The position numbers and the translations under genes were made by a program. A stretch of 30,242 bases of DNA from Ostreococcus tauri (lineage: Eukaryota). The notes beneath the pieces were generated by a model, which saw nothing but the letters and a program-made list of their open reading frames with translations, was not told where the DNA came from and did not search any database. Where the stretch lies: the NCBI GenBank assembly GCA_000214015.2, contig CAID01000010.2, positions 433,626-463,867 on the forward strand, in the 5' to 3' direction. Within the stretch, counting starts at the first letter, position 1. Every line of letters starts with the position of its first letter. Below are positions 24,929 to 30,242 of the stretch, piece after piece.

Positions 24929-26275
24929 TTATCGCGCCTCGGCAGCGACGATCTCTTCGTCATCGCCGAAGAAGGCGTCATCGGGAATCTCTTCCTCTTC
25001 CTCGGCGACGGGCTTGTTCGAGAGACCGGCCATCTTCTCAGCCACCTTTCGGCGAACATCCGCTTCGATGGTGCCCTTCACCGGGAGGTTTTCGTCCAAG
25101 AACGCGAGCGTCTTCTCGCGGCCTTGGCCGAGCTTTTCACCGTTGTAGTAGTAATAAGCACCCTTGCGGTCGACGACACCGACTTGCTCGCCGGCGTCCA
25201 GGAGGCAGCCGTCCTTGGAGATTCCGCGGCCGAAAAGCATGTCAAACTCAGCCACCTTGTACGGCGGTGCCACCTTGTTCTTCGCCACCTTGACCTTGCA
25301 TCTCACGCCGAGGTCGTCCTCGCCGCTCTTACCCTTGATGACCTCCTTGCGTCGAATGTCGAGACGAACGCTCGCGTAGTACTTGAGCGCATTGCCGCCC
25401 GTCGTCACCTCCGGGCTTCCGTAAATCACCCCAACCTTTGAGCGGAGCTGGTTCAAGAAGATGATCGTCGTTCCAGCCTTGGCGGCGTTGACGTTAATCT
25501 TTCTCAGCGCCTGAGACATCAATCGTGCGTGCGCACCGACCTGGACCATGCCGATCTCGCCTTCGATTTCGCTTCGCGGCACGAGCGCGGCGACAGAGTC
25601 CACGACGATCAAATCAACAGCCGACGATCGCACGAGCGTGTCCACGACCTCGAGCGCCATCTCGCCCGTTTCTGGCTGACACACGATGACATCATCCAGG
25701 TTCAACCCCAGTCTCGCCGAGTACTCCGGATCGAACGCGTGCTCCGCGTCGATGATTGCCACCGTACCGCCGATCGCCTGCATCTCCGCCATCGCGTGCA
25801 GCGCCAGCGTGGTCTTCCCCGAGCTCTCTGGTCCATACACCTCAACGATACGTCCTCTCGGGAGTCCACCACCGAGCGCCATGTCCAGCGTCAGCGCCCC
25901 GGACGGAAACGTCGCCACTTTCGCCTTGCCAGCCTCGCCCAGGCGCATGATCGCGCCCGCGCCGAAATTACTATCAATCTCATCCAGCACGCGTTGCAGC
26001 GCCTTCTTCTTCGCGTCTGGCGAGCCAGATTTCGCGTCATCCGCGTTGCTCGCCTTGCTCGCTCGCGCCTTGGCCATGACGACCCCACCGCGCGTCGTCG
26101 TGAGCGTTCGCGCGACCATTCGCCGCGAGCTGTCGCGCGATTGCGCGCGCGTCGTCGTCCGTCGTCCGTCGACGCACGCGATGGACGCGCACGCGGCGAC
26201 GCGCATGTCGAGATCGAGCGTTTGCGCGCGACGTACACCGGTTCCGAACGCTTTACGGAGCGTCCTCGCGAGCAT
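24929..26275 (-). CDS. RECA: RecA recombinase, bacterial type, with N-terminal organelle-targeting-like extension
   Basis: ATG at 26275; 448 aa. [23 protein letters not shown], Walker [93 protein letters not shown] and [22 protein letters not shown] are colinear with bacterial RecA. The ~90-aa N-terminal extension is rich in R/T/A. Minus-strand TGTAA at 24906-24902. Confidence 0.95.
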   Translation of the reverse strand: MLARTLRKAFGTGVRRAQTLDLDMRVAACASIACVDGRRTTTRAQSRDSSRRMVARTLTTTRGGVVMAKARASKASNADDAKSGSPDAKKKALQRVLDEIDSNFGAGAIMRLGEAGKAKVATFPSGALTLDMALGGGLPRGRIVEVYGPESSGKTTLALHAMAEMQAIGGTVAIIDAEHAFDPEYSARLGLNLDDVIVCQPETGEMALEVVDTLVRSSAVDLIVVDSVAALVPRSEIEGEIGMVQVGAHARLMSQALRKINVNAAKAGTTIIFLNQLRSKVGVIYGSPEVTTGGNALKYYASVRLDIRRKEVIKGKSGEDDLGVRCKVKVAKNKVAPPYKVAEFDMLFGRGISKDGCLLDAGEQVGVVDRKGAYYYYNGEKLGQGREKTLAFLDENLPVKGTIEADVRRKVAEKMAGLSNKPVAEEEEEIPDDAFFGDDEEIVAAEAR

Positions 26276-26360
26276 GCGAGGGCGTGTGACGATCTGAGAG
26301 ATTTAAAAACGTGAAAAACGCGGGAAATCCAGTGGATGGCTGGACGCGACGGACGCGACG

Positions 26361-26384
26361 GCTCGCTCGCTCGCTCGCTCGCTC
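26361..26384. repeat. (GCTC)6 tetranucleotide microsatellite
   Basis: Six perfect GCTC units lie between the RecA start and the GCVT stop. They are preceded by a GGACGCGAC x2 direct repeat (26342-26359). Confidence 0.9.
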
Positions 26385-26422
26385 GCTGTTACAAGAATAT
26401 CGTGACGCCAAATCGCGGCAAT

Positions 26423-27688
26423 TTACTCGGGCTTGTAGTAGGTGGTGTTCACGAAGGGCATCTTTGACGTCACGGCGGCCGTGCGCTTGCCTCGCGTCTC
26501 GACCTGGACCTCGGTGCCCGCCTTGGCGAACGCCTTGGCGACGTAACCCATGGCGATGTTCTTTTGGAGCACCGGGGAGAAGCCACCAGAGGTGACCTCA
26601 CCGATGGTGTTACCGTCCATGTCGAGAATGATGGAGTGCTGGCGAGCGGGGGCGCCCTTACCGGTGAAGGTGAGGCCGACGCGTCGCTGCGGGATCGACG
26701 CCGGGTTCTCGAGCTGCTTCTTGATGATCTCGCCGCCGACGAAGTCACACTTCTCCCGACGCGCCTTGCCGATGGTCCACGTCAAACCAGCCTCCGGCGG
26801 GGTGATATCTTCGTTCAAGTCGTTACCGTAGAGGCAGAGACCGGCCTCGAGGCGGAGAGAATCTCTCGGACCGAGCGCGGCGAAGCGAACTTCGGGTTGG
26901 CCCTCGAGCGCCTCGGCGAGCTTCACCGCGTCCTCGTTCGGGACGGAGATCTCGAAGCCGTCCTCGCCCGTGTAACCGGTACGAGTCACCCAAACCTTAC
27001 CACCGTTCACGGTCATCTCCGTGAACATACCGAAGTAGAGCTTGGAGAGATCGAAATCGGTGAAGCGCTGGAGCACCTCCATCGTCTTCGGGCCTTGAAA
27101 CGCCAAGAGCGAACGGTTCGAGTGCACGATGAAATCAACATCCATACCGTTCGCCTTGGCCTTGGCCAAGTGGGCGTTGATGTGCTTCTGATCCTTTTCC
27201 GCGCATCCGGCGTTGAGCACGACGTAGTAATCGTGATCGTTGATCTTCGTGATCACCGTATCGTCGATGATCCCGCCCTTTTCATTCGTCATCACGCTCA
27301 GCGTCCCCGTGCCGTTCTTCAACCCCTTCAGGTCCGCGACGACGAGAGATTCCAAGAACGCCGTCGCATCCTTCCCCCTGATGCTCGACCCAAGCATGTG
27401 CGACACATCAAACAACGACGCGTTCGTCCGGCAGTGCTGCGTCGCCTCCATGATCGAGTCTCCGTATTGAATCGGCAGCGCGTACCCGGCGAAGTCAACC
27501 AACTTTCCACCGCGCGCGACGTGCACGTCGTACAACGGCGTGCGCTTCAGCGCGCTCACGTCCGCGTACGCGCGCGCGTACGCCGGCGTCACGTCCGGCA
27601 CCAGCGCTCGCACCGCGCGCGCGCTCGACGGACGCGCGACCGCGCATCGCGCGTGGCGACGCGCGGCATCGACCACGAAGCGACGCAT
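26423..27688 (-). CDS. gcvT: aminomethyltransferase (glycine cleavage system T protein), mitochondrial type
   Basis: ATG at 27688; 421 aa. TPLYDVHVARGGKLVDFAGYALPIQY, SLFDVSHM, GTGTLSVMTNEKGGIIDDTVITK, VTRTGYTGEDGFEISVP, ALGPRDSLRLEAGLCLYGNDL, SGGFSPVLQKNIAMGYV. Presequence-like N-terminus. Minus-strand TGTAA at 26393-26389. Confidence 0.95.
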   Translation of the reverse strand: MRRFVVDAARRHARCAVARPSSARAVRALVPDVTPAYARAYADVSALKRTPLYDVHVARGGKLVDFAGYALPIQYGDSIMEATQHCRTNASLFDVSHMLGSSIRGKDATAFLESLVVADLKGLKNGTGTLSVMTNEKGGIIDDTVITKINDHDYYVVLNAGCAEKDQKHINAHLAKAKANGMDVDFIVHSNRSLLAFQGPKTMEVLQRFTDFDLSKLYFGMFTEMTVNGGKVWVTRTGYTGEDGFEISVPNEDAVKLAEALEGQPEVRFAALGPRDSLRLEAGLCLYGNDLNEDITPPEAGLTWTIGKARREKCDFVGGEIIKKQLENPASIPQRRVGLTFTGKGAPARQHSIILDMDGNTIGEVTSGGFSPVLQKNIAMGYVAKAFAKAGTEVQVETRGKRTAAVTSKMPFVNTTYYKPE

Positions 27689-27953
27689 CGCGCGTCTCGG
27701 ACGTCTCGGACGTCGACGACGCGACGATTCGAGCGCTCGACGACGGGGGCGCGCGCGTGGGAACGGTCGCGTCGTCGACGGTGCGGTCGGCGGGGACGAC
27801 GGGCGCGGAGTGGGGGTGGAAAGTGAGCGGGCGTGACGTCGATGGATTATCCAAAACGACCAGAGGGGGCCTCTCGGGACGACGGCGCGGGCGGACGCGC
27901 GGAGACGGTGGAGGGAAGGGTGGGACGGTGGATCGGTGCGGTGACGCGTGAGA

Positions 27954-29462
27954 TTACAACGTGCAGTGTTTGGATAATACGTCCGCGGCGGACGGACGAT
28001 CGAGGGGGATGGGCGACATCATGGCGACGCACAGGGCGTGGAGCGACGCCGCGACGGCGCCTGTCGGCACGACGCCTTGGCGAAGCGCTTGATAATCCGA
28101 TCCGTGCGAGGGCAGAGAGGTGCCGATGGCGAGCTCGTAGAGAGATGCACCGAGAGAAAAGACGTCAGAGCGGTCCAAGTTGTCGAAATTATCGTTCAAG
28201 AGCTCGGGTGGGAGGTATCTGGCGTCGCCCTCGTCCACGGCGCTCGAGCGGCGCGCGCCGCTGAGCTGCGTCGCGCGTCCCCAGTCTCCGAGCTTGAATC
28301 CCTCTTTGCAGATGAAAATGTTGTCTGGTTTGACGTCCATGTGCGCCAGACCGCGATCGTGCGCGAACGCGAGCGCGGTGGAAATGTCTCTCAAACATCT
28401 CGCGAGCTGCGCGTCGTTCATGCGTTCGCCGTCCCGAGAGTCCACCATTCTCGACGCGCACCCTTCTTCGCAGAGTTCCATGTGAATGTACAGGTGGTCG
28501 TTCTCCCACCACGCGCTGTGATATCGTACAATTTGTGGGCACGTTACCAGGCTCGCCATGACGTGCACCTCGCGCAAAGCCTCCGATCGATCGCGCTCGT
28601 TCTTCAACTGCTCCGACGTGCGCTTCAACGCATATTGGCACCCGTCCAGGCGTCCGATGACTTTGTGTACCTTTGAGAATCCCCCACGAGCGATGCAACC
28701 GAGATCGACGAAATCGACGCGAAATCGCGACATCGTCGCCAACTGCGCCGCGCTCGTGCAATTCGCCCGTCGTCCGTGCGCGGTGTGCTCAGCCGGTTGC
28801 TCGCGGTCCGGCAGAAACGCGTTTCGAGCGCACGGCGGCGACGTCGCGGCGCGCGGCAACCCCGACCTCGCCCCCCCCCCCCGACTCGGCTCACGATTTC
28901 TCGGCACCCTGAACCCATTCCCGAACTCTCCCTGCGACTGACTCGGCTGCGTATTCTCCAACGGCTGACTCGCGTACCCGAACTCTTGCGTCCCCTGCGA
29001 CAACCCGACGTCCAATCCAAATCTCGGTCGTTTATTCCTCGTCGGCGACAACGCGCACGGCGATCTCGCGCCTCGAAAGTGTCCGTGCGCCCCCCGGGCG
29101 TCCCCCCCCCCCATTCCATCGTATCCCGCGTACGCGTCGAACTGCGCGTCCGCCGGCGTGATGAAATCCGGTCCCCCGTGCGACCCGCCTTGCGTCATCG
29201 TCTCACCCTGCGAGTTCGTCCCATTCGCGGAGGACCATCCGTGCCCTTGACTCTCCGACGCGAACGCGCGCTCGATCCGTCGCGTCGTCGCGATGCGTCC
29301 ATCACGGTCGTCGTCGTCGTCGACGTCGTCGTCGTCATCCACGTCGGTCGGTCTCGCGTTCGACGCCCCGTCGACGTCGTCGCCGACGCGCAACCCGTCC
29401 AGGGCTCTGGAGAGCCCGCTCGAGGGGGTGCACAGGACACTGCGCGATTTCAGTCGCAGCAT
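27954..29462 (-). CDS. WEE1: WEE1-family protein kinase
   Basis: ATG at 29462; 502 aa. Kinase domain: IARGGFSKVHKVIGRLDGCQYALKR, EVHVMASL, IVRYHSAWWENDHLYIHMELCEEG, LAHMDVKPDNIFI, KLGDWGRA, EGDARYLPPELL, DVFSLGASLYELA...LPSHG. The W-E and (E)GD-RYL features are WEE1-typical. The N-terminal half is low-complexity with a poly-Asp run. The stop TAA is embedded in TGTAA (27958-27954). Confidence 0.85.
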   Translation of the reverse strand: MLRLKSRSVLCTPSSGLSRALDGLRVGDDVDGASNARPTDVDDDDDVDDDDDRDGRIATTRRIERAFASESQGHGWSSANGTNSQGETMTQGGSHGGPDFITPADAQFDAYAGYDGMGGGDARGAHGHFRGARSPCALSPTRNKRPRFGLDVGLSQGTQEFGYASQPLENTQPSQSQGEFGNGFRVPRNREPSRGGGARSGLPRAATSPPCARNAFLPDREQPAEHTAHGRRANCTSAAQLATMSRFRVDFVDLGCIARGGFSKVHKVIGRLDGCQYALKRTSEQLKNERDRSEALREVHVMASLVTCPQIVRYHSAWWENDHLYIHMELCEEGCASRMVDSRDGERMNDAQLARCLRDISTALAFAHDRGLAHMDVKPDNIFICKEGFKLGDWGRATQLSGARRSSAVDEGDARYLPPELLNDNFDNLDRSDVFSLGASLYELAIGTSLPSHGSDYQALRQGVVPTGAVAASLHALCVAMMSPIPLDRPSAADVLSKHCTL

Positions 29463-29511
29463 CGCGCGCGCGTCGCGCGGCGCGGGGCGTCGACGAGGGC
29501 GCGCGCGTGGG

Positions 29512-29559
29512 ATTCAAAAATCGTTGAATTCAAAAATCGTTGGTTTCAAAAATCGACCG
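29512..29559. repeat. 16-bp tandem repeat x3 (ATTCAAAAATCGTTGR)
   Basis: ATTCAAAAATCGTTGA (29512-29527), ATTCAAAAATCGTTGG (29528-29543), TTTCAAAAATCGACCG (29544-29559), about 50 bp upstream of the WEE1 ATG on the opposite strand. Confidence 0.9.
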
Positions 29560-29577
29560 AGGTAAATGTCGCGTGTG

Positions 29578-29715
29578 GTGTATACATGGGCGTGATCATG
29601 GTACAGTATGGCCACATGTCTGTGCTGTGCATACATGGGTGTGTCGGATGTACAGTATGAAGACAGACTCTGTGCGGTGTATACATGGGCTCGACAGAGA
29701 CACACTATAGTGTGA
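29578..29715. repeat. degenerate ~50-bp tandem repeat x3, lower in GC than its surroundings
   Basis: GTG(T/C)ATACATGGG starts at 29578, 29627 and 29677. GTACAGTATG occurs at 29601 and 29650 (period 49-50 bp). Confidence 0.85.
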
Positions 29716-29717
29716 CG

Positions 29718-29762
29718 GACGCCATCGACGCCATCGACGCCATCGACGCCATCGACGCCGAC
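29718..29762. repeat. 9-bp tandem repeat GACGCCATC x4 plus one variant copy
   Basis: Perfect copies occupy 29718-29753, followed by GACGCCGAC. The array ends 18 bp before the ATG at 29780. Confidence 0.9.
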
Positions 29763-29779
29763 GACGCGACGACGCGACG

Positions 29780-29897
29780 ATGGCGCGCGCGCGCGAACGC
29801 GCGACCGCCGACGCGACGGGCGTGGGCGAACGCGCGCGGGCCGCGGCGACGCGCACCGCGCTCGCGATGGCGATGCTCGCGATGACGATGGGCGCGA

Positions 29898-29946
<49 letters not shown>

Positions 29947-30242
29947 GCGCGCGCGCTTGGTCCACCCGACGACGCTCTCGACGAAGACGGACGACGGCGA
30001 CGGCGGATGGCGACCGTGGGCGAGGCGACGGAGGATTTGGTTGAGCGTCCTCGGCGAGGCGTTCGACGTGAGCGCGGGACGGACGTATTACGCGGGCGAC
30101 GGGGCGTACGCGACGTGTTTCGCGGGACGCGACGCGACGCGGGCGTTTGGTACGGGGGATTTTAGCGAGAGTGGGTGCGTGGAGGACGTGCGCGGGATGA
30201 CGCTCGGCGAACTCGCGGGGGCGCGACACTGGCGCGACTTCA
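29780..30242 (+). CDS. cytochrome b5-like haem/steroid-binding domain protein (MAPR family, neuferricin/CYB5D2-like); 5' part, continues beyond the window
   Basis: It is not in the ORF track because it runs off the window end, so I translated it by hand in the frame of ATG 29780. MARARERATADATGVGERARAAATRTALAMAMLAMTMGAM(T)14RGRARLVHP...RRIWLSVLGEAFDVSAGRTYYAGDGAYATCFAGRDATRAFGTGDFSESGCVEDVRGMTLGELAGARHWRDF. The underlined-type motif L.VLG.V(F)DVS.G...Y.....Y..FAGRDA(S/T)RAF.TGDF is typical of neuferricin/MAPR proteins. Confidence 0.7.
29899..29940. repeat. (GAC)14 perfect trinucleotide microsatellite, read as poly-Thr (ACG) in the cyt-b5-like gene
   Basis: An uninterrupted GACGAC... run of 42 nt. 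Confidence 0.95.

Noticed and set aside
25529-27826. Plus ORFs 25529..26314, 25686..26297 and 26564..27826 opposite RecA and GCVT
   Set aside because: They are antisense to two unambiguous, full-length conserved genes.

Overview
This window looks like very GC-rich, extremely gene-dense eukaryotic nuclear DNA, best explained as a Mamiellophyceae-type green picoalga (Micromonas/Ostreococcus-like). That attribution is an inference from composition, gene content and TGTAA-type poly(A) motifs, not a database hit.

I can support about 20 protein-coding genes on both strands, one tRNA-Ala(CGC) and many short tandem repeats.

- **Genes, left to right:** a small hydrophobic ORF, M17 leucyl aminopeptidase, a Ycf33/DUF751-like protein, an Sfi1-like repeat protein and MTA/SAH nucleosidase. 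Then PEX11, a bacterial-type HU protein, a RecD2-like SF1 helicase, pyruvate dehydrogenase kinase, a PAT1-like protein and NEMF/Rqc2. Then a PAO/Tic55-family Rieske oxygenase, a small two-TM protein, tRNA-Ala, an alpha/beta hydrolase and a cyclophilin. Finally an LRR protein, RecA, the glycine-cleavage T protein, WEE1 kinase and the 5' part of a cytochrome-b5/MAPR (neuferricin-like) gene.
- **Spacing:** intergenic spacers run from about 55 to 670 bp, and many neighbouring genes are head-to-head or tail-to-tail.
- **ORF track caveat:** high GC makes stop codons rare, so the track is full of long antisense and run-on ORFs. Many of its 'M' starts are actually GTG or TTG. I corrected starts to the first plausible ATG.

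Points most worth a second look:
1. The NEMF gene recovers its conserved C-terminal tail only after a +1 frame change near 17391. Otherwise it stays open for 2 kb into the next gene.
2. A 440-bp degenerate tandem array carries nine TCGCGTG cores in the divergent Sfi1-like/MTN spacer.
3. Bacterial-type nucleoid genes sit together: HU and RecD2 head-to-head, with RecA 15 kb away.
4. A small Cys-rich, metallothionein-like ORF lies upstream of the LRR gene.
5. Three genes need short GTGCG...CGCAG introns to be complete.
6. The WEE1/cyt-b5 divergent promoter is packed with repeats.

No prokaryotic-style operon, CRISPR array or mobile element is supported.
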